64,000 bases of DNA from an uncultured Alphaproteobacteria bacterium (GCA_963732535.1 CAVSZW010000002.1:33-64032); one strand, 5' to 3'. Numbered from the stretch's first letter, positions 12,598 through 22,629 are shown. The notes: generated by a model not told the origin, from the letters alone. Program-made: numbers and translations.

Positions 12598-12945
12598 ATG
12601 GGGCAAAATCGCCAGACAGATTTGGGGCATCTGGCCGGATTGCTGCTGGCTGCTGCCACGCTATCGGCCTGTGATGGCGAGAGCCAGAGCAAAGATATCC
12701 GCTATAGTTCGGAGGATCGTGGCATCACCATGCCCGAACCCAAAAAGGCCGCGCGCGAGAAATGCTATGGCATCGCCCTTGCCCAATATAATGATTGCGC
12801 CGCCGGCCCGAAAAGCGATTGTGCGGGAACAGCAACGAAAGATTATATGCCTGATCGCTGGAAATATGTGGCCGCCGGAACTTGCGAAGCCGGATTTGCC
12901 GGAACGTTGGAGCCGGGAGCGCCGCTCCCTGAAACCGATGGTTGA
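12598..12945 (+). CDS. DUF2282 (BufA1 bufferin precursor-like) protein with predicted lipoprotein signal
   Basis: [25 protein letters not shown]...WKYVAAGTC with four Cys; lipobox-like [11 protein letters not shown]. Confidence 0.75.
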   Translation: MGQNRQTDLGHLAGLLLAAATLSACDGESQSKDIRYSSEDRGITMPEPKKAAREKCYGIALAQYNDCAAGPKSDCAGTATKDYMPDRWKYVAAGTCEAGFAGTLEPGAPLPETDG

Positions 12946-12967
12946 GAAACCGTTGGTAGTGATGGAA

Positions 12968-13030
12968 ACCGTAGCCCTGAGCCTGTCGGGCCGCTGGCCG
13001 CCTTCGGCTCGACAGGCTCAGGGCTACGGT
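12968..13030. repeat. Palindromic interspersed repeat (REP/REPIN-like), copy 1
   Basis: ACCGTAGCCCTGAGCCTGTCG...CGACAGGCTCAGGGCTACGGT inverted arms. Confidence 0.9.
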
Positions 13031-13071
13031 GCATTAATACGCTGATGATTTCAGGTCCTGAAAAATTAGAC

Positions 13072-13900
13072 ATGGCCTTGAAAGCGGCAACGAGCACGTT
13101 AACGGGCACAACCGAAACCCCCCGCTTGGACGCCGAATATCTGATGGCCCATGCGCTGGGCATGACACGCGGAGAAATGCTGCTGAAACGGCGCGACCTT
13201 TCCGTACCGGCGGGATTTGCAGCGCTCATCGAACGGCGAGAGGCCGGTGAACCGGTGGCCTATATTTGCGGGGTGCAGGAATTTTGGGACCTCACCCTGA
13301 AAGTCACTCCCGATGTTTTAATCCCGCGGGCCGATAGTGAGACCTTGATCGAGGCGACGCAAAGCCATTTCGCCGGAAGGGTCACCGCCTACAAAAATCC
13401 TCGATCTTGGCACTGGTTCAGGGGCGCTATTGCTCGCCGCCCTGTCGCTGTTTCCCGATGCGAAAGGTGTTGGCATAGATGCAAGCGTAGCAGCTTTGGC
13501 GGTGGCCAAGGACAATGCCTTTGCCTGCGGCTTTGGACGGCGGTGTGCTTTTCTGCACGCAAGCTGGCGCGAAGCTGGCTGGGCGCGCGATTTGGGCCGA
13601 TTTGACCTGGTCCTTTGCAATCCGCCTTATGTAGAGGATGACGCTTTGCTTGATCGTTCGGTACGCGATTTCGAGCCTGCGTCCGCGCTATTTTCCGGGA
13701 GTGAGGGGATGGACGATTACCGCATCCTGATCCCGCAAATTCCCGATTTGCTGCGGCCTCAAGGCGCAGCCATTTTCGAGATCGGCAAAGGGCAAGACGA
13801 TGCAGTCTCGACACTCGCCCGGGAAGCGGGGTTTAGCGTCCAAACCCGAGCCGATCTGGCTGGAATCATCCGCGCCTTAACACTCACTTGTAGAAATTAG
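13072..13900 (+). CDS. prmC: Release factor glutamine methyltransferase (apparent frameshift near 13380)
   Basis: TPRLDAE, GEPVAYI, VLIPRADSETL in one frame; LDLGTGSG and NPPY in the next. Confidence 0.92.
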
Positions 13901-14096
13901 CCAAAATTTCACTTGGAATCGCACTATCAAGGCGCTAGGACGGCATCAGCTTTGCAGCGATGTGGCCCTTTACCGGCCCTTTTTGCGAAGCCGCCCCAAC
14001 GCATTGATGGCAGGAGGCAGCCCAAGAGAGGCTGGCGCGTTGCAAGGGTAACATTCTGAACCAGTGAGATAAATTTATCAGGACGGAAAAGTCTTT

Positions 14097-14909
14097 ATGA
14101 ATATTCGCCAAACCAGCCGCCGACGCGGTAGGGGCAATAATAATCGTACGCCGAATAATAATCGCAACGGCTATGATAATCAGAACCGCATCGACAATCG
14201 CGCGCGTGGCAATGCGTCGCAGATGCTCGAAAAATTTAAAAAGCTGGCGCAAGACACCCAATTAAACGGGGATCGTGTGCAGGCCGAATATTATCACCAG
14301 TTTGCCGATCATTATTTCCGGGTACTCGCCGATTTCCGCAGTCGTCAGGAAGAAGGCAGGCCACAGCGCAGCGAATGGCGCGATGATCGTGATGGCAGCG
14401 AAGGCGGCGATTGGCGTGATGGCGAACGCGACATGGACGAAGCGCGCGACACCGAAAGCAGCGACAACGCCCCGGAAGACAATGACGAACGCGAAGTCCG
14501 CGAAGAACGTCGTCCGCAACGGCAAAATCGCAATGACCGTAATGACCGTAATGATCGGCCGGAGCGCAATCAGGATCGGAATCCGGAGCGCAACCAAGAA
14601 CGCCAGCCGCGTTCTGATGCACGGCCCGAAGCGCGGCCAGAGGCCCGTCCTGAACCCCGTAACGAACCACGCAACGAACCGCGCAATGATCGCCCGCGCA
14701 GAGAGCGTCCGGAACGCTTCAATCGCGACGATGCACCTGCACAAGGCGGGCTCGATATTGCGGTGCTCCCCCCTGCAATCGGTATTGCCGCCAATGACGA
14801 GGCGGATGCTCCCGTTGCCCAAGAGCAAGCTGCCAAGGCGCCTGCCCGCAAACCCCGCGCCCGCCGCCCCAAGGCGAGCGACGAGGAAGTGGTCGCCGCA
14901 GCCGAATAA
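14097..14909 (+). CDS. DUF4167 domain protein with disordered R/D/E/P-rich tail
   Basis: RGNASQMLEKFKKLAQD...DRVQAEYYHQFADHYFR. Confidence 0.85.
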   Translation: MNIRQTSRRRGRGNNNRTPNNNRNGYDNQNRIDNRARGNASQMLEKFKKLAQDTQLNGDRVQAEYYHQFADHYFRVLADFRSRQEEGRPQRSEWRDDRDGSEGGDWRDGERDMDEARDTESSDNAPEDNDEREVREERRPQRQNRNDRNDRNDRPERNQDRNPERNQERQPRSDARPEARPEARPEPRNEPRNEPRNDRPRRERPERFNRDDAPAQGGLDIAVLPPAIGIAANDEADAPVAQEQAAKAPARKPRARRPKASDEEVVAAAE

Positions 14910-14991
14910 GGGCTTCTGTTAAGCTGAGGCTATGCGTTAATCGAAACGAGAGGTTTCCCTGTCACCACGTTGGTGTCAGGAGCTTCTCTAC

Positions 14992-15180
14992 ATGAAATTC
15001 ATTACCATGCCTTCGCGCGGCGGCACCTATTTAGTAGTCGCGGACAATGTCGCCTGGCTCCGTACCGCCGAAAATGGACAAACCCAGATCGGCATCGTCG
15101 GCGGCTCGCCCTTGCTCGTCACCGGAACCATTGATGAGGTTGCGGCGATTATTTTGGACGGCGTTGGTAAGCAGGACTGA
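14992..15180 (+). CDS. Small hypothetical protein (62 aa)
   Basis: AGGAG about 10 nt before ATG; globular-looking sequence; stop abuts the convergent gene. Confidence 0.7.
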   Translation: MKFITMPSRGGTYLVVADNVAWLRTAENGQTQIGIVGGSPLLVTGTIDEVAAIILDGVGKQD

Positions 15181-15182
15181 TC

Positions 15183-16044
15183 TTAGCGCAGTCCTAAGGT
15201 TCGCTGGGCCTTGGCAATCGCGCGATAGGCAAGTGATTTCCCCAAATTGCGCGACGGCCATGGGGCCGGAGTTTGCGGTGTGATCCCGGCCTTTCTCACC
15301 AGATGGTTGAACGCCCGCGCGTCGGCCTCTGAATAGCTCCAGTCCGAACGCCAAGTGATCGACAAAGAGATCGATACGGCATCGCCATTTTGCACCCAAT
15401 GCGGGGCCTTTACCGGCACATAGATCGCTTCACCCGGAATGATCGCAATCGGCTGGCCTTTGGCGGCAAAGGCATCTTCCCAATGCTGATTGCGGTGATG
15501 CTGGCCCAGATGGAATTTTTCGTGTGCCTGCGGCTGGACGAGGGTTTCGTCTTCGGCAGAAAACACCGTCATGGTTTTCTGTCCGCGCACCTGCAGCAGG
15601 ATATTATGCTCGGGATCGAAATGGAACGGGGTCACCGATCCGGGAGACGAAATGAAGATAAAACCTTCCAGCCCCAGCATTTTCCCTGTGCGCTGTGCCA
15701 CCAGCGGCTCGATTTCGGCGAGCGTGTTTTTGAGGAGCGCGGCATATTCGGGATGCTGTTCGATCCGCTTTATTACCATCCACGATCCGTTTTCTTCGAT
15801 CGAACGGATTGTATCGGCAACGCTCAATTCGGGGGCGGGCACATCTTCGGGACGGATGCCTACGGGCAAGTTGCCGGGATTATATTCGACGCTGTCTTTT
15901 GGCAGTGCCGCCGCCAGATCGACCAGTGCATCGAGTTGCAGCAAGGCGTGGTCGAGCAACGTATGCGGCAACTTGGCCGTTTGCCGGGGATAGCAGCCGA
16001 TCCAGGATGGCCATCGCTTCGGCGGGAAAAACAGGGTGTGTCAT
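15183..16044 (-). CDS. JmjC/cupin-like domain protein (1-nt frameshift near 15995)
   Basis: TPFHFD (HxD), HWVQN (His); N-terminus MTHPVFPAE is one frame off. Confidence 0.8.
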
Positions 16045-16095
16045 GGCGCCGAACGATAGCGGTTGCAGGCTAAAAAGCGGTTAATCTCCACAAGC

Positions 16096-16123
16096 AAAAA
16101 GGGCGCTCCTTGCGGAACGCCCT
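16096..16123 (-). terminator. Rho-independent terminator of the 23-aa ORF
   Basis: Minus strand AGGGCGTTCC-GCAA-GGAGCGCCCT followed by TTTT. Confidence 0.8.
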
Positions 16124-16150
16124 CTTGCTATATCCCGGGAGAGGGAGGGA

Positions 16151-16222
16151 TTAAACGGCGGCGATCGAAACCACAAAGCCGCTGAGCATGACTGCTGCGA
16201 AAAGCGAAAAAATCTTTTCCAT
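16151..16222 (-). CDS. 23-aa hydrophobic small protein MEKIFSLFAAVMLSGFVVSIAAV
   Basis: AAAAGGAA SD just upstream of ATG, single TM-length hydrophobic stretch, terminator about 30 nt after the stop. Confidence 0.7.
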   Translation of the reverse strand: MEKIFSLFAAVMLSGFVVSIAAV

Positions 16223-16379
16223 GGTGCTGTTCCTTTTACTTTGCCTGCCACCCCGGATGAGGTGTTGGCGGATACAGCCTTCAAGAACATCCTGTTGTTA
16301 TTATTTGATCTCTGTATAAATGCTGCATGTGCGAAAGCAATTGTTGCTTTGGCCGAATGAGTTGCACAAAATGCAACTG

Positions 16380-17268
16380 CTATCCGGTATGAAGCACAGC
16401 AAATTCGGCCATTTTCGCTTGAGCTTGGCGCGATTCAGCAAAGAAGAAAATCGGCCAATCGTGCATCAGGCCATCCTTTTCGATATAATCTGCGGTCGGC
16501 AATTTTGCTGCCAAGGCCCGGGCATCGGTCAATAATATGTCATCGCCACCGCCAAAGGTAAGCACCGGCGGCAATCCGCTCCAGTCTCCGTTGATCGGGC
16601 TAACGCGGGCATCGTCCAGCGCCATATCGCGCGCGTACATCCGCCCCGCTGCGTGCGCGCCCGAGACGGTGAGGATGCAATCACGCGGTTCGATCCGCTT
16701 TTGATCGGGATTGCTGACGGTGAGGTCGAGCCATGGGCAGATGAGCAACATCCCGTCCGCCTGCCGCAATCCGGCATCGCGCGCTTGCTGGGCCACCGCA
16801 GCGGCTAGGCCACCTCCCGCACTATCCCCGCCCAAGATGAACTTGCCGCCATGGTTGGCAATAAAATCCCGGTAAACCGCCATCGCCCAAGCGACGGTCT
16901 CTTCGGCCCCGGCTTCGGGCGCGAGCGGATAGAAAGGCGCGGTAATGGCAAGTCCATGTTTTTGGGCCATACGGACGAAATATTTCCAATGCACATCGAC
17001 CGCAGGATAGACATAACCACCGCCGTGAAAATACAGCATTTGTGCGGCAGGGGACGGTATTTTTTGGGGCTATTGTCCAGATTGTGCGGCCCTCAAATTC
17101 GCGGGCTTCGATATTGACCTGCGCCCGCATCTTCGCCGTGGGCCGAAAGGGATTGTCGCGCGAAGCCGTGATCCGCTTTTCAAAGCCCGGGCCAGCGGAA
17201 TATTGGCTCCGCAGCACCCCGGTGGTACGTAACATCGCCCCGGTCAGGCGCGCTAACAGGCTTGGCAT
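16380..17268 (-). CDS. Alpha/beta hydrolase, HSL-type esterase (frameshift near 17045)
   Basis: HGGGY, GDSAGG, D and H (HDWP) of the triad; N-terminus MPSLLARLTG in another frame. Confidence 0.88.
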
Positions 17269-17786
17269 TATTCCCTCTCCCTCAATACCCGTGCTTCCAC
17301 GCCGATCCGCCACCACAACAGGACAGCGTTCGCCAGCGAAAAGGCCAGTGCCACAATGGGGGCGTTCAGCACCAGTGGCAACAGTGCGATTTCGGCGACG
17401 ACCACCGCATAATTGGGGTGCGTCATATAGCGATATGGCCCTTTGCGGATGCGCGGAAAATGGGCGGCGCTGATAATCCGTGTGGTCCACCAGCGTCCGA
17501 TGCTGGCTAGCGTCCAGAAACGGAAGACCTGCGTTGCCGCAAAGGCGATGAGCAAGAGCGGTGACGGGGCGGGCCCGGGCAGGGCAAAAAGGGCAATAGC
17601 CACGAGCCATCCGCCATGGAGCAGGATGAACAAAGGATAATGCCTGCGTCCATATTCAACGCCGCCCTCGGCCAGTAAGCGGCGGGTGTTGGCTTGGGCA
17701 TAAACAAGCTCGCCCAATCGCTGCACGATGACATAGGCCAGCAAGCCAAGCGCCCAAGCGGGCCAAGCTGAAATGGAGAGCGTCAA
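17268..17786 (-). CDS. Isoprenylcysteine carboxyl methyltransferase family protein (BpsB/SrsB-like)
   Basis: QRLGEL...NT, WTTRI, GPYRYMTHPNY, RIGVE. Confidence 0.9.
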   Translation of the reverse strand: MTLSISAWPAWALGLLAYVIVQRLGELVYAQANTRRLLAEGGVEYGRRHYPLFILLHGGWLVAIALFALPGPAPSPLLLIAFAATQVFRFWTLASIGRWWTTRIISAAHFPRIRKGPYRYMTHPNYAVVVAEIALLPLVLNAPIVALAFSLANAVLLWWRIGVEARVLRERE

Positions 17787-18796
17787 GGCCGCAACAGCGC
17801 CAAGGCTCCGGTAAAGCCTGGCCCCAATGCCGTTACCAGCGTTGGCCCCGTCAGCGGCCCCGCATCAAGCATCGTCTTCAACACAAACAGCACCGTCGGC
17901 GAACTCATATTGCCATGATCGCGCAGCACGGCGCGTGTCGCGGGTAGGTCGCTGCCGAAATAGCCGGCCAGCGCATCGACCACGCGGCCACCTCCAGGAT
18001 GGCAGGCGGGCTCCACCATGCTGGCTTTCGCAACGCCGTGCGCCTGCATAAATTGATCGGTAAAGGGCGCAAAGTCGCGGGTCACAAAGGTGGGAATGTC
18101 ACGCGAAAGCACCAGATCAAAGCCGGTATCGCTGATTTCCCAACCCATCATATCTTGCGTATCGGGCCAGACATGCTGGGTAGCGGCGGCGATTGCCGGG
18201 CCTTTGCCATTGCCGACCACCGCTGCGGCGCAGCCATCGGCGAACAGGGCCAGTGCGATCATGTCCTTCTTGCCCATTTGATCGTGGTCATAGGCCAGAC
18301 TGCACAGTTCCAGACAGACCAGTAACACCGGTTTTTCCGGCGAGGCCCGATACAGATCCGCCGCCAGCGACAGCCCCAGAACTCCCCCCGCACAGCCATA
18401 GCCAAACAGCGGCAATGTGCGGGTATCGGGAGCGAACCCCATGTCGGCAATCATCCGGCTCGGCAGGCTGGGCGTCATCGTGCCCGTGGTCGAAACAAAA
18501 ACGATCTGGCCGATATCCTGCGGCGAAAGTGCGGCGCGTTTCAGTGCATCGGTAGTGGCCTCCCGGAACAGCGATGCGGCGACATTTTCATAAACCGCCG
18601 CGCGGTCTGCCCAACTGCGTTCCTCCAGATAATATTCGGGCGACATGGCGAGAAAGCGTCGCTCTATCCCGCTGTTTCGCAAGATCCCCGCGATCCTTGG
18701 TGGCAATGTTCCGCGCGCGTCGAGCACAGCCATCACGCCGTCTTGTGTTAACATATGCTTGGGTAGCGCGGTGGCAATGGAAAGGATCTGGGGCAT
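17783..18796 (-). CDS. Type III polyketide synthase
   Basis: Catalytic triad GYGCAGG (Cys), HPGG (His), GNMSS (Asn); ELCSL, LFADG, GPGF. Confidence 0.93.
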   Translation of the reverse strand: MPQILSIATALPKHMLTQDGVMAVLDARGTLPPRIAGILRNSGIERRFLAMSPEYYLEERSWADRAAVYENVAASLFREATTDALKRAALSPQDIGQIVFVSTTGTMTPSLPSRMIADMGFAPDTRTLPLFGYGCAGGVLGLSLAADLYRASPEKPVLLVCLELCSLAYDHDQMGKKDMIALALFADGCAAAVVGNGKGPAIAAATQHVWPDTQDMMGWEISDTGFDLVLSRDIPTFVTRDFAPFTDQFMQAHGVAKASMVEPACHPGGGRVVDALAGYFGSDLPATRAVLRDHGNMSSPTVLFVLKTMLDAGPLTGPTLVTALGPGFTGALALLRP

Positions 18797-18901
18797 ATTC
18801 GCCGCCTGCTATCCTGTCTGCGTTACAACCTCCAGCGATATCGGGATTTGCCCGAAAGCTTTGCTCTTCCGTTCACGCATTCAGAATGATAGGCAATATT
18901 A

Positions 18902-19999
18902 ATGTCAGGGGAATTGGACGCTGCGGGTTCGGCCATCGAAGGCGCTCTTTTGGGCGCGTCGATAGAGCCAGGGCACGGAGTGACAAGCGTATCCGGGGTG
19001 GCAAAGACCTGTCTCAATTGCAACTCCCCTGTTGATCGAAATTATTGCCCGCTATGCGGGCAGAAAGCAGAAGTGCCGCGAACCTTGTCGGCCATCTGGC
19101 ACGATATCCTCCATTCCGTGCTGCATTTTGACGGTAAATTGTGGCGCACCTTGCCCATGCTGGCCTTTAAACCGGGTGAATTGACCCGGCGCTACATTCA
19201 TGGCGAGCGGGCCAAATTTGTGTCCCCCATGGCGATATTCTTGTTTTCTATTTTCCTGATGTTTGCCGTGTTCAGCTTCGGTGGCGCGCCTGACGGGCAG
19301 GTGCGAGGCAATTGGAAGGAGGATATTGCCAAGGAAGCGATTATATTGGACAAGTCCATCGCCGAAACCGAGGTGAAGCTTGCCAGTACGGCCACAGGAT
19401 CGCCCTATGCCGATCAGTTGAAATCAAAACTCGACGAGCTGAAATCCGAACGCAACGGCATTGCATGGGCCACGAACGGCAAATCAATCTATGACGATGT
19501 AGGTGGAACGACTACGCCGGATGGAAAGGTCAAAATATCCGCATTTAAATCTGACACAGGCTGGTTGTGGCTCGACAAAAAGCTGAACGAAGGCGGCAGA
19601 AAGATGGTCGAAAATCCCAGCCTCACCTTTTACAAGCTGCAGACCAACGGGTATAAATTCGCATGGCTACTGATCCCGCTGTCATTGCCCTTTATCTGGC
19701 TGGTGACCTTGGGCGTGCGCGGTCGCCATTTTTACGATCATGCCGTGTTCGCGACCTATTCGATCACCTTCATGTGCTTCCTTTTCGTGGTAGCCTCCTT
19801 GCTTGACTGGATGGGTGTAAATCCGATTGTTGGCGCGTTCATCAGCCTGATTCCGCCCGTTCATCTGTATAAGCAATTGCGGTACAGCTATGGCCTCACC
19901 CGGGCTGGCGCTGTCATCCGGATGATCCCGCTATTGATTTCGATCATGATCGTAGTGACTTTATTCATGACCATTTTGCTGTTCTTGGGAATGATGTAA
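18902..19999 (+). CDS. DUF3667 domain membrane protein
   Basis: CLNC...YCPLCGQ zinc ribbon, DGKLWRTL...KPGELTRRYI.G.R. Confidence 0.85.
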   Translation: MSGELDAAGSAIEGALLGASIEPGHGVTSVSGVAKTCLNCNSPVDRNYCPLCGQKAEVPRTLSAIWHDILHSVLHFDGKLWRTLPMLAFKPGELTRRYIHGERAKFVSPMAIFLFSIFLMFAVFSFGGAPDGQVRGNWKEDIAKEAIILDKSIAETEVKLASTATGSPYADQLKSKLDELKSERNGIAWATNGKSIYDDVGGTTTPDGKVKISAFKSDTGWLWLDKKLNEGGRKMVENPSLTFYKLQTNGYKFAWLLIPLSLPFIWLVTLGVRGRHFYDHAVFATYSITFMCFLFVVASLLDWMGVNPIVGAFISLIPPVHLYKQLRYSYGLTRAGAVIRMIPLLISIMIVVTLFMTILLFLGMM

Positions 20000-20025
20000 T
20001 CGAAGCGGGGCGCTTCGTCTTGATC

Positions 20026-21147
20026 CTAAAACCCGCTCGATAGCGTTAGGGTGGGGCCACTTGCCGGTAATGCCCGGCCTGCGATGCGAAAGCGCCAGTC
20101 TGCCTGAAGCCGTAGCGATGTTTGGGCAAGTGGGATCACCGTTTCGAGACTTGGCCCAATATCCAATCGGGAACCACCTTTCTGGCCGCCTGCCCAAATC
20201 CCTGAACCGGCGAATAATTGCATTTTGCCGATATCGGCGACAGGCCGGTTTGCCCGCGCCTGAATATCGAAAAATCCAGTATTGTTTTTGCCGCCCAAAT
20301 ATCCGCCCTGGGCAAAGGCGTGAAGATTGACGGCACCTGCCAGTTTAACATTATCAACGCCCCCGGAAAGATAGCCGGCAAATGCATCGGGCTCTGGCCA
20401 GCGGAACCGCCGTTCGACCGTCAGCGAAACGGGCAGGCTCTTCTTCGGTTGCCATTTCGCACCGACGGCAAATTCGCGCTGGTTTCCCGGTGGTGCAAAG
20501 CTCGTCCTGAAAAGCAAAGCGGGGCCGGAATTGGCCGCACCAAACGGATCCCACGCGGCGATCAAGCCAGCCTGACTGCCACCATATTGCGGCGCTGGGG
20601 CCAAACCCGAGCCCAATGGAGTGTCGGACGCGCGCCAGAAACCATAGGCATAAACCGAGACGCGGCTGTCTGCGTTTTGGCCTCCATTTTGACCTTCCGA
20701 TTTTACTTCGGGACCAAAACCGGCTGCTCTATAATTGCTGCCAGCCTCCGTTTCCAAAACCTGCGGTCGGGGGGTGGTCCCTCGCAAGTTTATCGGGTTC
20801 TCTGCTGGAGCGACCCAATTAAGCAGAGAAGTGCCTGGAGGCTGGCCCTCCGCTGCCCAGGGTAAAGCAACGGAGGAATGGGAATAGGTAAGGGCGATTT
20901 TGCGCGCCTGAAGCTGGCGTGGATTTTCGGTAAATTGTCCGGCGATGGACGTTGCCGTTTGTCCGTGCTGTGAAACAGATAGTCCGTTTGTCGTGCTCGC
21001 GGCTAATCGCACCGTATTTTTGGCCGGATGAATTTGGAAGGCGAGTTCAGGCGCGCCATTCAATATTCGCCCGCCAATCCAGCCAGCAAGAACCAATAAC
21101 AGGAACAGTAAGGGGCGGCCGGGTATTCTATCCATGGCGATTGACAT
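20026..21147 (-). CDS. Hypothetical protein with N-terminal hydrophobic anchor and C-terminal beta-barrel-like region (NfrA-C-like)
   Basis: Overlaps the GT gene; amphipathic strands; ends in Phe (TLSSGF); start approximate. Confidence 0.6.
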   Translation of the reverse strand: MSIAMDRIPGRPLLFLLLVLAGWIGGRILNGAPELAFQIHPAKNTVRLAASTTNGLSVSQHGQTATSIAGQFTENPRQLQARKIALTYSHSSVALPWAAEGQPPGTSLLNWVAPAENPINLRGTTPRPQVLETEAGSNYRAAGFGPEVKSEGQNGGQNADSRVSVYAYGFWRASDTPLGSGLAPAPQYGGSQAGLIAAWDPFGAANSGPALLFRTSFAPPGNQREFAVGAKWQPKKSLPVSLTVERRFRWPEPDAFAGYLSGGVDNVKLAGAVNLHAFAQGGYLGGKNNTGFFDIQARANRPVADIGKMQLFAGSGIWAGGQKGGSRLDIGPSLETVIPLAQTSLRLQADWRFRIAGRALPASGPTLTLSSGF

Positions 21148-22546
21148 CGACTGGAAAATGGCTGTGGGCGGTTTTGTCCCAAACCAGTTGCTTGCCAAAG
21201 ATATATTGCAGATAAATCCAGCACGCCTTTCGCGCCGCCATGATTGCAACGATATTTGCAAGCACGGTGCGTGGGATGGACAAAATGGCTTCTCGCCAGT
21301 TCTGTGCATGGAAAACGAAGGCCGCGCGGACCAACATACGCCAGACAAGCATTGTTATATTGGCAGTCAGCAACAGTTTCGCGGTTTCATTTAACGCGGG
21401 TATCGCGGCAACTCCTGCGGCGGTGGCCAGTATCAGGGCAACGGTCAAAACGATGCACAGATAGGCGGCAAACAACACAATGGCGGATAGAACGGCCTTG
21501 CGATCCCGCAACCGCATCCAAAATTCGGCGGGGCCACCCGTCCAGCCTAGCCGGTCCCAGCCTGCCAGTGCTATTCCGGTCATCCACCGTGCCTTTTGCC
21601 GAACCGTGGCATCCAGGCTGTCCGGAAAGCAGGCGCGCGTGCCAACCAGATTTCCTTCCCTGTCCAGCAAGCGCGCCAATATCACCCGGCTCCCGTGCTG
21701 GCCGATGCCAAGACCCAGTTCATAATCTTCGGTCAAACTTTTGGGATCAAACGGGTCTCCTCCCCGATCAAGCGCGATGCGCCCCAGTCTGTTTCGCTCG
21801 ATTGCACAGCCAACACCCGCCAAAGGCAAACCCGCGCCAATGGCTTCGCGCACGACCAGCGTCTTGCCATGGGCCTCGGCGAATTCATCGCAATAATGGC
21901 CACTGATCCACCGCGATCCGGGTACCCGCGTTGGTATCACCGGCAATTGTACTGCCGATGCCTTTTCCACCAGATAATCAAAAACACGCAGCGCGTCGGG
22001 ATGCACCGAATCTTCCGCGTCGTGGAGAATGATGGCTTTCGCTTTCACGCCCTCTTTCAATTCGTCGGAAAGCAGCGCGCGCCAAAGCCGGTTAAGGCAA
22101 TCGGCTTTTGTGGTGGGTCCAGGGGCTTCGCACAAGATAAGCCGGATTGCGGGATCAAAGCGCGCAGCCCGCATCACCTCGGTTACGCTGGCTGGATCAT
22201 TGGGATAGCAGCCGACGTAGATGCGATAGTTTTCTCCGCGTTCTGACCAACTTAAACGGGTTCGGGCCAGCATTGCTCCGATAACTGGGGCCTCCTGCCA
22301 AGCCGCCACAAAAATAACCAGCAATCCGCTTTGCTTTGGCGGTGGCAGCGTGTGCGCCCGCTGGGGCGGTTGCTGGCGGTAAATTGTCACGCGCCGGATT
22401 GACGCACGGGTAATCCAGATCAAGTCCACCACAGCGTCGTCTGCGGCTCCAAGCAGGAAGAAAAAGGCGCTGAACAGCAGCAACTCCTGTTGCCAAAAGG
22501 CAATGAAGGCCCATGAACTGCCAAATTCTTCGCCAAAAAAATGCAT
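21128..22546 (-). CDS. GT2 glycosyltransferase, NfrB-like
   Basis: AWQE, GPTTKADCLN, LHDAED, SLTEDYELG, RQKARW. Confidence 0.88.
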   Translation of the reverse strand: MHFFGEEFGSSWAFIAFWQQELLLFSAFFFLLGAADDAVVDLIWITRASIRRVTIYRQQPPQRAHTLPPPKQSGLLVIFVAAWQEAPVIGAMLARTRLSWSERGENYRIYVGCYPNDPASVTEVMRAARFDPAIRLILCEAPGPTTKADCLNRLWRALLSDELKEGVKAKAIILHDAEDSVHPDALRVFDYLVEKASAVQLPVIPTRVPGSRWISGHYCDEFAEAHGKTLVVREAIGAGLPLAGVGCAIERNRLGRIALDRGGDPFDPKSLTEDYELGLGIGQHGSRVILARLLDREGNLVGTRACFPDSLDATVRQKARWMTGIALAGWDRLGWTGGPAEFWMRLRDRKAVLSAIVLFAAYLCIVLTVALILATAAGVAAIPALNETAKLLLTANITMLVWRMLVRAAFVFHAQNWREAILSIPRTVLANIVAIMAARKACWIYLQYIFGKQLVWDKTAHSHFPVDVNRHG

Positions 22547-22629
22547 TAGTTATCCTTTGCGGATGCAAAAGGCTGCTCAGCTCAAGCGAGACGGAAAATT
22601 CTGAAACTTAACGGAAAGCGAGGTAAAAA

